Assembly (NCBI GenBank): GCA_964016885.1
Contig: OZ024741.1
Location: 256,370,001-256,434,000 of the forward strand
Reading direction: 5' to 3'
Length of the DNA stretch: 64,000 bases
Origin: Eledone cirrhosa
Taxonomy: Eukaryota
Position numbers and translations under genes: made by a program
Notes under the pieces: model-generated
Seen by the model: the letters and a program-made list of their open reading frames with translations, nothing else
Database searches by the model: none
What the model was told of the DNA's origin: nothing
Part shown: one piece after another, positions 24,556 through 38,727 of the stretch
How positions within the stretch are numbered: the stretch's first letter is position 1
How the letters are laid out: each line of letters opens with the position of its first letter

Positions 24556-27500
24556 GTTTCGCTTTACGAGTGTTTCGACTTACGAGTGTTTCGACATACG
24601 AGTGTTTCGACTTCCGAATGTTTTCGCTTACGGGTGTTTCGACTTACAAATGTTTCGGCTTACGAGTGTTTCGGCTTACGAGTGTTCCGACTTAGGAGTG
24701 TTTCGGCTTACGGGTGTTTCCGGCTTACGAGTGTTTCGACTTTAGAGTGTTTCGACTTTAGAGTGTTTTGACTTACGGTGTTTCGGCTTACGAGTGATTC
24801 GACTTACGAGTGTTTTGACTTACGAGTGTTTCGACTTACGAGTGTTTTGACTTACGAATGTTTTGACTTACGGGTGTTTCGGCTTACGAGTGTTTCGACT
24901 TACGAGTGTTTCGGCTTGCGAGTGTTTCGACTTACTAATGTTTTTACTTACGAGTGTTTAGGCGTACGAGTGTTTCGACTTACGAGTGTTTCGACTTACG
25001 GGTGTTTTGACTTACGGGTGTTTCGGCTTACCAGTGTTTCGACTTACGAGTGATTTGACTTAAGGGTGTTTCGACATACGAGTGTTTCGACTTACGAGTG
25101 GTTCGACTTACGAGTGTTTCGGATTACGAGTGTTTTGACTTCAGGGTGTTTAGACTTACGAGTGTTTCGATACGAGTGTTTCGACTTACGAGTGTTCTGA
25201 CTTACGAGTATTCTGATTTACGGATGTTTCGACACACGAGTGTTTCGAATTACGAGTGTTTCGACTTACGAGTGTTTTGACTTACGGGTGTTTTGACATA
25301 CGAGTGTTTCGATACGAGTGTTTCGACTTATGAGTGTTTCGACTTACGAGTGTTCTGACTTACGAGTGTTCTGACTTACGAGTGTTCTGATTTACGGATG
25401 TTTCGACACACGAGTGTTTCGATACGAGTGTTTCGACTTACGAGTGTTTCGACTTATGAGTGTTTCGACTTACGAGTGTTCTGACTTACGAGTGTTCTGA
25501 CTTACGAGTGTTCCGACTTACGAGTGTTTCGGTTTACGAGTGTTTCGACATACGAGTGTTTTGACTTACGGGTGTTTCGACTTACGGGTGTTTCGACTTA
25601 CGAGTGTTTTGGCTTACGAGTGTTTCGACTTACTAATGTTTTTACTTACGAGTGTTTCGGTGTACGAATGTTTTGACTTAAGGATGTTTCGACTTACGAG
25701 TGTTTCGACTTACGAGTGTTTCGGCTTACGTGAGTTTCGACTTAAGATGGTTCTGATTTACGAGTGTTCTGACTTACGAGTGTTTCGGCTTATGAGTGTT
25801 TCGACTTACGAGTGTTTCGGCTTACGAGTGTTTCGACTTATGGGTGTTTCGACTTACGAGTGTTTTTACTTACGGTGTTTCGGCTTACGAGTGTTTCGAC
25901 ATACGAGTGTTTTGACTTACGGGTGTTTCGACTTACGAGTATTTTTGGCTTACGAGTGTTTCGACTTACGAGTGTTTTGACTTACGAGTGTTCTGATTTA
26001 CGGATGTTTCGACATACGAGTGTTTCGACTTACGAGTGTTTCGACTTATGAGTGTTTCGACTTACGAGTGTTTCGGCTTACGAGTGTTTCGACTTACGAG
26101 TGTTTTGACTTACGGTGTTTCGGCTTACGAGTGTTTCGACTTACGAGTGTTTTGACTTACGGGTGTTTTGACATACGAGTGTTTCGATACGAGTGTTCTG
26201 ACTTACGAGTGTTCTGACTTACGAGTGTTTTGACTTACGAGTGTTCTGACTTACGAGTGTTCCGACTTACGAGTGTTCCGACTTACGAGTGTTTCGGCTT
26301 ACGAGTGTTTCCGGCTTACGAGTGATTCGACTTACGAGTGTTTTGACTTACGGGTGATTTGACTTACGGGTGTTGTGAATTACGAGTGTTCCGATTTACG
26401 AGTGTTTTGACTTACGGTGTTTCGGCTTACGAGTGATTCGACTTACGAATGTTTTGACTTACGGGTGTTTCGGCTTGCGAGTGTTTCGACTTACGAGTGT
26501 TTCGGCTTATGGGTGTTTCGACTAACTAATGTTTTTACTTACGAGTGTTTCGGCGTACGAGTGTTTTGACTTACGAGTGTTTCGACTTACGAGTGTTTCG
26601 ACTTACGAGTGATTCGGCTTACGTGAGTTTCGACTTAAGAGTGTTCTGATTTACGAGTGTTCTGACTTGCGGGTGTTCTGATTTACGAGTGTTCCGACTT
26701 ACGAGTGTTTCGGCTTATTAGTGTTTCGACTTACGAGTGTTTCGGCTTACGAGTGTTTCGACTTATGGGTGTTTCGAGTTACGAGTATTTTGACTTACGA
26801 ATGTTTTGACTTACGAATGTTTTGACTTACGGGTGTTTCGGCTTACGAGTGTTTCGACTTACGAGTGTTTCGGCTTACGAGTGTTTCGACTTACTAATGT
26901 TCTTACTTACGAGTGTTTCGGCGTACGAGAGTTTTGACTTACGAGTGTTTCGACTTACGAGTGTTTCGACTTACGAGTGTTTTGACTTACGAATGTTTTG
27001 ACTTACGGGTGTTTCGGCTTACGAGTGTTTCGACTTACGAGTCTTTCGGCTTACGAGTGTTTCGACTTACTAATGTTTTTACTTACGAGTGTTTCGAGGT
27101 ACGAGTGTTTCGACTTACGAGTGTTTCAACTTACGGGTGTTTTGACTTACGGGTGTTTCGGCTTACGAGTGTTTTGACTTACGAGTGTTTTGACTTAAGG
27201 GTGTTTCGACTTACGAGTATTTTTGGCTTACGAGTGTTTCGACTTACGAGTGTTTTGACTTACGAGTGTTCTGATTTACGGATGTTTCGACATACGAGTG
27301 TTTCGACTTACGAGTGTTTCGACTTATGAGTGTTTCGACTTACGAGTGTTTCGGCTTATGAGTGTTTCGACTTACGAGTGCTTCGGCTTACGAGTGTTTC
27401 GACTTACGAGTATTTCGGCTTACGAGTGTTTCGACGTACGAATGTTTTGGCTTACGAGTGTTTCGGCTTATGAGTGTTTCGGCTTACGAGTGTTTCGACT

Positions 27501-30212
27501 TACGAGTGTTTCGGCTTACGAGTGTTTCAGTGTTTCGGCTTACGTGTGTTTCGACTTACGAGTGTTTCGACTTACGACTGTTTCGGCTTACGAGTGTTTC
27601 GGCTTACGAGTGTTTCGACTTACGAGTGTTTTGACTTACGAATGTTTTGACTTACGGGTGTTTCGGCTTACGAGTGTTTCGACTTACGAGTCTTTCGGCT
27701 TACGAGTGTTTCGACTTACTAATGTTTTTACTTACGAGTGTTTCGGCGTACGAGTGTTTCGACTTACGGGTGTTTTGACTTACGGGTGTTTCGGCTTACG
27801 AGTGTTTTGACTTACGAGTGTTTTGACTTAAGGGTGTTTCGACTTACGAGTATTTTTGGCTTACGAGTGTTTCGACTTACGAGTGTTTTTTTACTTACGA
27901 GTGTTCTGATTTACGGATGTTTCGACATACGAGTGTTTCGACTTACGAGTGTTTCGACTTACTAATGTTCTTACTTACGAGTGTTTCGGCGTACGAGAGT
28001 TTTGACTTACGAGTGTTTCGACTTACGAGTGTTTCGACTTACGAGTGTTTTGACTTACGAATGTTTTGACTTACGGGTGTTTCGGCTTACGAGTGTTTCG
28101 ACTTACGAGTCTTTCGGCTTACGAGTGTTTCGACTTACTAATGTTTTTACTTACGAGTGTTTCGGCGTACGAGTGTTTCGACTTACGAGTGTTTCGACTT
28201 ACGGGTGTTTTGACTTACGGGTGTTTCGGCTTACGAGTGTTTTGACTTACGAGTGTTTTGACTTAAGGTTGTTTCGACTTACGAGTATTTTTGGCTTACG
28301 AGTGTTTCGACTTACGAGTGTTTTGACTTACGAGTGTTCTGATTTACGGATGTTTCGACATACGAGTGTTTCAACTTACGAGTGTTTCGACTTATGAGTG
28401 TTTCGACTTACGAGTGTTTCGGCTTATGAGTGTTTCGACTTACGAGTGCTTCGGCTTACGAGTGTTTCGACTTACGAGTATTTCGGCTTACGAGTGTTTC
28501 GACGTACGAATGTTTTGGCTTACGAGTGTTTCGGCTTATGAGTGTTTCGGCTTACGAGTGTTTCGACTTACGACTGTTTCGGCTTACGAGTGTTTCGGCT
28601 TGCGAGTGTTTCGGCTTACGAGTGTTTTGACTTACGAGTGTTTTGACTTACGATTGTTTGGCTTACGAGTGTTCTGACTTACGGGTGTTCTGACTTTCGA
28701 ATGTTCCGACTTACGAGTGTTTCGGCTTATGAGGGTTTCGACTTACGAGTGCTTCGGCTTACGAGTGTTTCGACTTACGAGTGTTTCGGCTTACGAGTGT
28801 TTCGACTTACGAGTGTTTCGACTTACGAGTGTTTTGACTTACGGTGTTTCGGCTTCCGAGTGTTTCGACATACGAGTGTTTTGACGTACGGGTGTTTCGA
28901 CTTACGGGTCTTTCGACTTAAGTGTGTTTCGACTTACGAGCGCTTCGACTTACGAGTGTTTCGACTTACGAGTGTTTCGGCGTATGAGTGTTTTGACTTA
29001 CGAGTGTTTCGACTTACGAGTGTTTCGACTTACGAGTGTTTCGAATTACGAGTGTTTCGACTTACGAGTGTTTTGACTTACGAGTGTTTTGACTTCGGTG
29101 TTTCTGCTTACGAGTGTTTCGACTTACGAGTGTTATGACTTACGGGTGTTTTCACATACGAGTGTTTCGACTTACGAGTGTTTTGACTTACGGGTGTTTT
29201 GACATACGAGTGTTTCGACTTACTAATATTTTTACTTACGAGTGTTTCGGCGTACGAGAGTTTTGACTTACGCGTGTTTCGACTTACGAGTGTTTCGACT
29301 TACGAGTATTTTGACTTACGAATGTTTTGACTTACGGGTGTTTCGGCTTACGAGTGTTTCGACTTACGAGTCTTTCGGCTTACGAGTGTTTCGACTTACT
29401 AATGTTTTTACTTACGAGTGTTTCGGCGTACGAGTGTTTCGACTTCCGAGTGTTTCGACTTACGGGTGTTTTGACTTACGGGTGTATCGGCTTACGAGTG
29501 TTTTGACTTACGAGTGTTTTGACTTAAGGGTGTTTCGACTTACGAGTATTTTTGGCTTACGAGTGTTTCGACTTACGAGTGTTTTGACTTACGAGTGTTC
29601 TGATTTACGGATGTTTCGACATACGAGTGTTTCGACTTACGAGTGTTTCGACTTATGAGTGTTTCGACTTACGAGTGTTTCGACTTACGAGTGTTTCGGC
29701 TTGTGATTGTTTCGACTTACGAGTGTTTTGACTTACGGTGTTTCAGCTTACGAGTGTTTCGACTTACGAGTGTTTTGACTTACGGGTGTTTTGACATACG
29801 AGTGTTTCGATACGAGTGTTCTGACTTACGAGTGTTCTGACTTACGAGTGTTTTGACTTACGAGTGTTCTGACTTACGAGTGTTCTGACTTACGAGTGTT
29901 TCGGCTTACGAGTGTTTTGACTTAAGGGTGTTTCGACTTACGAGTGTTTCGATACGAGTGTTTCGACTTACGAGTGTTTCGGCTTACGAGTGTTTCGACT
30001 TACGAGTGTTTCGACTTACGAGTGTTCCGACTTACGGGTGTTTCGACTTACGAGTGTTTTGGCTTACGGTGTTTCGACTTACGAGTGTTTCGAGTTAAGA
30101 GTGTTTTGACTTACGAGTGTTCTGACTTACGAGTGTTCTGACTTACGAGTGTTCCGACTTTACGAGTGTTTCGGCTCACGAGTGTTTCGGCTTACGAGTG
30201 TTTCGACTTACG

Positions 30213-30282
30213 AAAATAACAAATAGACGCGGTTTCAAATCTCTATGCTTTTCAAATTCATTACATTAATCTTTATTTATAC
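30213..30282 (+). repeat. 70-bp AT-rich element, copy 13 (flank class A)
   Basis: Same sequence. Confidence 0.97.
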
Positions 30283-33012
30283 GTTTCGCTTTACGAGTGT
30301 TTCGACTTACGAGTGTTTCGACATACGAGTGTTTCGACTTACGAATGTTTTTGCTTACTGGTGTTTCGACTTACGAATGTTTTTGCTTACGAGTGTTTCG
30401 GTTTACGAGTGTTCCGACTTACGAGTGTTCCGACTTACGAGTGTTTCGGCTTACGAGTGTTTCCGGCTTACGAGTGTTTCAACTTACGAGTGTTCTGACT
30501 TACGAGTGTTCTGATTTACGGATGTTTCGACACACGAGTGTTTCGAATTACGAGTGTTTCGACTTACGAGTGTTTTGACTTACGGGTGTTTTGACATACG
30601 AGTGTTTCGATACGAGTGTTTCGACTTACGAGTGTTCTGACTTACGAGTGTTCTGATTTACGGATGTTTCGACATACGAGTGTTTCGACTTACGAGTGTT
30701 TCGACTTATGAGTGTTTCGACTTACGAGTGTTTCGGATTACGAGTGTTTCGACTTACGAGTGTTTTGACTTACGGTGTTTCGGCTTACGAGTGTTTCGAC
30801 TTACGAGTGTTTTGACTTACGGGTGTTTTGACATACGAGTGTTTCGATACGAGTGTTCTGACTTACGAGTGTTCTGACTTACGAGTGTTCTGACTTACGA
30901 GTGTTCTGATTTACGGATGTTTCGACATACGAGTGTTTCGACTTACGAGTGTTTCGACTTATGAGTGTTTCGACTTACGAGTGTTTCGGCTTACGAGTGT
31001 TTCGACTTACGAGTGTTTTGACTTACGGTGTTTCGGCTTACGAGTGTTTCGACTTACGAGTGTTTTGACTTACGGGTGTTTTGACATACGAGTGTTTCGA
31101 TACGAGTGTTCTGACTTACGAGTGTTCTGACTTACGAGTGTTTTGACTTACGAGTGTTCTGACTTACGGGTGTTTCGACTTACGAGTATTTTTGGCTTAC
31201 CAGTGTTTCGACTTACGAGTGTTTTGACTTACGAGTGTTCTGATTTACGGATGTTTCGACACACGAGTGTTTCGACTTACGAATGTTTCGACTTATGAGT
31301 GTTTCGACTTACGAGTGTTTCGGCTTACGAGTGTTTCGTCTTACGAGTGTTTTGACTTACGGTGTTTCGGCTTACGAGTGTTTCGACTTACGAGTGTTTT
31401 GACTTACGGGTGTTTTGACATACGAGTGTTTCGATACGAGTGTTCTGACTTACGAGTGTTCTGACTTACGAGTGTTTTGACTTACGAGTGTTCTGACTTA
31501 CGAGTGTTCCGACTTACGAGTGTTCCGACTTACGAGTGTTTCGGCTTACGAGTGTTTCCGGCTTACGAGTGTTTCGACTTCCGAGTGTTTTGACTTACGG
31601 TGTTTCGGCTTACGAGTGATTCGACTTACGAGTGTTTTGACTTACGGGTGATTTGACTTACGGGTGTTGTGAATTTCGAGTGTTCCGATTTACGAGTGTT
31701 TTGACTTACGGTGTTTCGGCTTACGAGTGATTCGACTTACGAATGTTTTGACTTACGGGTGTTTCGGCTTGCGAGTGTTTCGACTTACGAGTGTTTCGGC
31801 TTATGGGTGTTTCGACTTACTAATGTTTTTACTTACGAGTGTTTCGGCGTACGAGTGTTTTGACTTACGAGTGTTTCGACTTACGAGTGTTTCGACTTAC
31901 GAGTGTTTCGACTTACGAGTGTTTCGGCTTACGTGAGTTTCGACTTAAGAGTGTTCTGATTTACGAGTGTTCTGAATTGCGGGTGTTCTGATTTACGAGT
32001 GTTCCGACTTACGAGTGTTTCGGCTTATTAGTGTTTCGACTTACGAGTGTTTCGGCTTACGAGTGTTTCGACTTATGGGTGTTTCGACTTACGAGTGTTT
32101 TTACTTACGGTGTTTCGGCTTACGAGTGTTTCGACATACGAGTGTTTTGACTTACGGGTGTTTCGACTTACGAGTGTTTTGACTTACGAATGTTTTGACT
32201 TACGGGTGTTTCGGATTACGAGTGTTTCGACTTACGAGTGTTTCGGCTTACGAGTGTTTCGACTTACTAATGTTCTTACGAGTGTTTCGACTTACGGGTG
32301 TTTTGACTTACGGGTGTATCGGCTTACGAGTGTTTTTGGCTTACGAGTGTTTCGACTTACGAGTGTTTTGACTTACGAGTGTTCTGATTTACGGATGTTT
32401 CGACTTACGAGTGTTTCGACTTACGAGTGTTTCGGCTTGTGATTGTTTCGACTTACGAGTGTTTTGACTTACGGTGTTTCAGCTTACGAGTGTTTCGACT
32501 TACGAGTGTTTTGACTTACGGGTGTTTTGACTTACGAGTGTTTCGATACGAGTGTTCTGACTTACGAGTGTTCTGACTTACGAGTGTTTTGACTTACGAG
32601 TGTTCTGACTTACGAGTGTTCCGACTTACGAGTGTTCCGACATACGAGTGTTTCGGCTTACGAGTGTTTTGACTTAAGGGTGTTTCGACTTACGAGTGTT
32701 TCGATACGAGTGTTTCGACTTACGAGTGTTTCGGCTTACGAGTGTTTCGACTTACGAGTGTTTCGACTTACGAGTGTTCCGACTTACGGGTGTTTCGACT
32801 TACGAGTGTTTTGGCTTACGGTGTTTCGACTTACGAGTGTTTCGAGTTAAGAGTGTTTTGACTTACGAGTGTTCTGATTTACGAGTGTTCTGACTTACGA
32901 GTGTTCTGACTTACGAGTGTTCTGACTTACGAGTGTTCTGACTTACGAGTGTTCCGACTTTACGAGTGTTTCGGCTCACGAGTGTTTCGGCTTACGAGTG
33001 TTTCGACTTACG

Positions 33013-33082
33013 AAAATAACAAATAGACGCGGTTTCAAATCTCTATGCTTTTCAAATTCATTACATTAATCTTTATTTATAC
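33013..33082 (+). repeat. 70-bp AT-rich element, copy 14 (flank class A)
   Basis: Same sequence. Confidence 0.97.
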
Positions 33083-35575
33083 GTTTCGCTTTACGAGTGT
33101 TTCGACTTACGAGTGTTTCGACATACGAGTGTTTCGACTTACGAATGTTTTTGCTTACGGGTGTTTCGACTTACGAATGTTTTTGCTTACGAGTGTTTCG
33201 GTTTACGAGTGTTCCGACTTACGAGTGTTCCGACTTACGAGTGTTTCGGCTTACGAGTGTTTCCGGCTTACGAGTGTTTCAACTTACGAGTGTTCTGACT
33301 TACAAGTGTTCTGATTTACGGATGTTTCGACACACGAGTGTTTCGAATTACGAGTGTTTCGAGTTACGAGTGTTTTGACTTACGGGTGTTTTGACATACG
33401 AGTGTTTCGATACGAGTGTTCTGACTTACGAGTGTTCTGACTTACGAGTGTTCTGACTTACGAGTGTTCTGATTTACGGATGTTTCGACATACGAGTGTT
33501 TCGACTTACGAGTGTTTCGACTTATGAGTGTTTCGACTTACGAGTGTTTCGGCTTACGAGTGTTTCGACTTACGAGTGTTTTGACTTACGGTGTTTCGGC
33601 TTACGAGTGTTTCGACTTACGAGTGTTTTGACTTACGGGTGTTTTGACATACGAGTGTTTCGATACGAGTGTTCTGACTTACGAGTGTTCTGACTTACGA
33701 GTGTTTTGACTTACGAGTGTTCTGACTTACGGGTGTTTCGACTTACGAGTATTTTTGGCTTACCAGTGTTTCGACTTACGAGTGTTTTGACTTACGAGTG
33801 TTCTGATTTACGGATGTTTCGACACACGAGTGTTTCGACTTACGAATGTTTCGACTTATGAGTGTTTCGACTTACGAGTGTTTCGGCTTACGAGTGTTTC
33901 GTCTTACGAGTGTTTTGACTTACGGTGTTTCGGCTTACGAGTGTTTCGACTTACGAGTGTTTTGACTTACGGGTGTTTTGACATACGAGTGTTTCGATAC
34001 GAGTGTTCTGACTTACGAGTGTTCTGACTTACGAGTGTTTTGACTTACGAGTGTTCTGACTTACGAGTGTTCCGACTTACGAGTGTTCCGACTTACGAGT
34101 GTTTCGGCTTACGAGTGTTTCCGGCTTACGAGTGTTTCGACTTCCGAGTGTTTTGACTTACGGTGTTTCGGCTTACGAGTGATTCGACTTACGAGTGTTT
34201 TGACTTACGGGTGATTTGACTTACGGGTGTTGTGAATTTCGAGTGTTCCGATTTACGAGTGTTTTGACTTACGGTGTTTCGGCTTACGAGTGATTCGACT
34301 TACGAATGTTTTGACTTACGGGTGTTTCGGCTTGCAAGTGTTTCGACTTACGAGTGTTTCGGCTTATGGGTGTTTCGACTTACTAATGTTTTTACTTACG
34401 AGTGTTTCGGCGTACGAGTGTTTTGACTTACGAGTGTTTCGACTTACGAGTGTTTCGACTTACGAGTGTTTCGACTTACGAGTGTTTCGGCTTACGTGAG
34501 TTTCGACTTAAGAGTGTTCTGATTTACGAGTGTTCTGAATTGCGGGTGTTCTGATTTACGAGTGTTCCGACTTACGAGTGTTTCGGCTTATTAGTGTTTC
34601 GACTTACGAGTGTTTCGGCTTACGAGTGTTTCGACTTATGGGTGTTTCGACTTACGAGTGTTTTTACTTACGGTGTTTCGGCTTACGAGTGTTTCGACAT
34701 ACGAGTGTTTTGACTTACGGGTGTTTCGACTTACGAGTGTTTTGACTTACGAATGTTTTGACTTACGGGTGTTTCGGATTACGAGTGTTTCGACTTACGA
34801 GTGTTTCGGCTTACGAGTGTTTCGACTTACTAATGTTCTTACGAGTGTTTCGACTTACGGGTGTTTTGACTTACGGGTGTATCGGCTTACGAGTGTTTTT
34901 GGCTTACGAGTGTTTCGACTTACGAGTGTTTTGACTTACGAGTGTTCTGATTTACGGATGTTTCGACTTACGAGTGTTTCGACTTACGAGTGTTTCGGCT
35001 TGTGATTGTTTCGACTTACGAGTGTTTTGACTTACGGTGTTTCAGCTTACGAGTGTTTCGACTTACGAGTGTTTTGACTTACGGGTGTTTTGACTTACGA
35101 GTGTTTCGATACGAGTGTTCTGACTTACGAGTGTTCTGACTTACGAGTGTTTTGACTTACGAGTGTTCTGACTTACGAGTGTTCCGACTTACGAGTGTTC
35201 CGACATACGAGTGTTTCGGCTTACGAGTGTTTTGACTTAAGGGTGTTTCGACTTACGAGTGTTTCGATACGAGTGTTTCGACTTACGAGTGTTTCGGCTT
35301 ACGAGTGTTTCGACTTACGAGTGTTTCGACTTACGAGTGTTCCGACTTACGGGTGTTTCGACTTACGAGTGTTTTGGCTTACGGTGTTTCGACTTACGAG
35401 TGTTTCGAGTTAAGAGTGTTTTGACTTACGAGTGTTCTGATTTACGAGTGTTCTGACTTACGAGTGTTCTGACTTACGAGTGTTCTGACTTACGAGTGTT
35501 CTGACTTACGAGTGTTCCGACTTTACGAGTGTTTCGGCTCACGAGTGTTTCGGCTTACGAGTGTTTCGACTTACG

Positions 35576-35645
35576 AAAATAACAAATAGACGCGGTTTCA
35601 AATCTCTATGCTTTTCAAATTCATTACATTAATCTTTATTTATAC
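35576..35645 (+). repeat. 70-bp AT-rich element, copy 15 (flank class A)
   Basis: Same sequence. Confidence 0.97.
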
Positions 35646-38600
35646 GTTTCGCTTTACGAGTGTTTCGACTTACGAGTGTTTCGACATACGAGTGTTTCGA
35701 CTTACGAATGTTTTTGCTTACGGGTGTTTCGACTTACGAATGTTTTTGCTTACGAGTGTTTCGGTTTACGAGTGTTCCGACTTACGAGTGTTCCGACTTA
35801 CGAGTGTTTCGGCTTACGAGTGTTTCCGGCTTACGAGTGTTTCAACTTACGAGTGTTCTGACTTACAAGTGTTCTGATTTACGGATGTTTCGACACACGA
35901 GTGTTTCGAATTACGAGTGTTTCGAGTTACGAGTGTTTTGACTTACGGGTGTTTTGACATACGAGTGTTTCGATACGAGTGTTTCGACTTACGAGTGTTC
36001 TGACTTACGAGTGTTCTGATTTACGGACGTTTCGACATACGAGTGTTTCGACTTACGAGTGTTTCGACTTATGAGTGTTTCGACTTACGAGTGTTTCGGA
36101 TTACGAGTGTTTCGACTTACGAGTGTTTTGACTTACGGTGTTTCGGCTTACGAGTGTTTCGACTTACGAGTGTTTTGACTTACGGGTGTTTTGACATACG
36201 AGTGTTTCGATACGAGTGTTCTGACTTACGAGTGTTCTGACTTACGAGTGTTCTGACTTACGAGTGTTCTGATTTACGGATGTTTCGACATACGAGTGTT
36301 TCGACTTACGAGTGTTTCGACTTATGAGTGTTTCGACTTACGAGTGTTTCGGCTTACGAGTGTTTCGACTTACGAGTGTTTTGACTTACGGTGTTTCGGC
36401 TTACGAGTGTTTCGACTTACGAGTGTTTTGACTTACGGGTGTTTTGACATACGAGTGTTTCGATACGAGTGTTCTGACTTACGAGTGTTCTGACTTACGA
36501 GTGTTTTGACTTACGAGTGTTCTGACTTACGGGTGTTTCGACTTACGAGTATTTTTGGCTTACGAGTGTTTCGACTTACGAGTGTTTTGACTTACGAGTG
36601 TTCTGATTTACGGATGTTTCGACACACGAGTGTTTCGACTTACGAATGTTTCGACTTATGAGTGTTTCGACTTACGAGTGTTTCGGCTTACGAGTGTTTC
36701 GACTTACGAGTGTTTTGACTTACGGTGTTTCGGCTTACGAGTGTTTCGACTTACGAGTGTTTTGACTTACGGGTGTTTTGACATACGAGTGTTTCGATAC
36801 GAGTGTTCTGACTTACGAGTGTTCTGACTTACGAGTGTTTTGACTTACGAGTGTTCTGACTTACGAGTGTTCCGACTTACGAGTGTTCCGACTTACGAGT
36901 GTTTCGGCTTACGAGTGTTTCCGGCTTACGAGTGTTTCGACTTCCGAGTGTTTTGACTTACGGTGTTTCGGCTTACGAGTGATTCGACCTACGAGTGTTT
37001 TGACTTACGGGTGATTTGACTTACGGGTGTTGTGAATTTCGAGTGTTCCGATTTACGAGTGTTTTGACTTACGGTGTTTCGGCTTACGAGTGATTCGACT
37101 TACGAATGTTTTGTCTTACGGGTGTTTCGGCTTGCGAGTGTTTCGACTTACGAGTGTTTCGGCTCATGGGTGTTTCGACTTACTAATGTTTTTACTTACG
37201 AGTGTTTCGGCGTACGAGTGTTTTGACTTACGAGTGTTTCGACTTACGAGTGTTTCGACTTACGAGTGTTTCGACTTACGAGTGTTTCGGCTTACGTGAG
37301 TTTCGACTTAAGAGTGTTCTGATTTACGAGTGTTCTGACTTGCGGGTGTTCTGATTTACGAGTGTTCCGACTTACGAGTGTTTCGGCTTATTAGTGTTTC
37401 GACTTACGAGTGTTTCGGCTTACGAGTGTTTCGACTTATGGGTGTTTCGACTTACGAGTGTTTTTACTTACGGTGTTTCGGCTTACGAGTGTTTCGACAT
37501 ACGAGTGTTTTGACTTACGGGTGTTTCGACTTACGAGTGTTTTGACTTACGAATGTTTTGACTTACGGGTGTTTCGGATTACGAGTGTTTCGACTTACTA
37601 ATGTTCTTACGAGTGTTTCGGCGTACGAGAGTTTTGACTTACGAGTGTTTCGACTTACGAGTGTTTCGACTTAAGAGTGTTTTGACTTACGAATGTTTTG
37701 ACTTACGGGTGTTTCGGCTGACGAGTGTTTCGACTTACGAGTCTTTCGGCTTACGAGAGTTTCGACTTACTAATGTTTTTACTTACGAGTGTTTCGGCGT
37801 ACGAGTGTTTCGACTTACGAGTGTTTCGACTTACGGGTGTTTTGACTTACGGGTGTTTCGGCTTACGAGTGTTTTGACTTACGAGTGTTTTGACTTAAGG
37901 GTGTTTCGACTTACGAGTATTTTTGGCTTACGAGTGTTTCGACTTACGAGTGTTTTGACTTACGAGTGTTCTGATTTACGGATGTTTCGACATACGAGTG
38001 TTTCGACTTACGAGTGTTTCGACTTATGAGTGTTTCGACTTACGAGTGTTTCGGCTTATGAGTGTTTCGACTTACGAGTGCTTCGGCTTACGAGTGTTTC
38101 GACTTACGAGTATTTCGGCTTACGAGTGTTTCGACGTACGAATGTTTTGGCTTACGAGTGTTTCGGCTTATGAGTGTTTCGGCTTACGAGTGTTTCGACT
38201 TACGAGTGTTTCGGCTTACGAGTGTTTCAGTGTTTCGGCTTACGTGTGTTTCGACTTACGAGTGTTTCGACTTACGAGTGTTTTGACTTACGAGTGTTCT
38301 GATTTACGGATGTTTCGACATACGAGTGTTTCGACTTACGAGTGTTTCGACTTATGAGTGTTTCGACTTACGAGTGTTTCGACTTACGAGTGTTTCGGCT
38401 TGTGATTGTTTCGACTTACGAGTGTTTTGACTTACGGTGTTTCAGCTTACGACTGTTTTGGCTCACGGTGTTTCGGCTTACGAGTGTTTCGAGTTACGAG
38501 TGTTTTGACTTACACGTGTTTTGACATACGAGTGTTTCGATACGAGTGTTCTGACTTACGAGTGTTCTGACTTACGAGTGTTCTGACTTACGAGTGTTCC

Positions 38601-38657
38601 GACTTTACGAGTGTTTCGGCTCACGAGTGTTTCGGCTTACGAGTGTTTCGACTTACG

Positions 38658-38727
38658 AAAATAACAAATAGACGCGGTTTCAAATCTCTATGCTTTTCAA
38701 ATTCATTACATTAATCTTTATTTATAC
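38658..38727 (+). repeat. 70-bp AT-rich element, copy 16 (flank class B)
   Basis: Same sequence. Confidence 0.97.

Larger units (their letters stand above)
30860..35980 (+). repeat. 2563-bp higher-order tandem duplication, 2 copies (boundaries approximate)
   Basis: ORF starts 30933/33496, 31267/33830, 31727/34290, 32047/34610 and 33045/35608 are all offset 2563. Confidence 0.93.
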
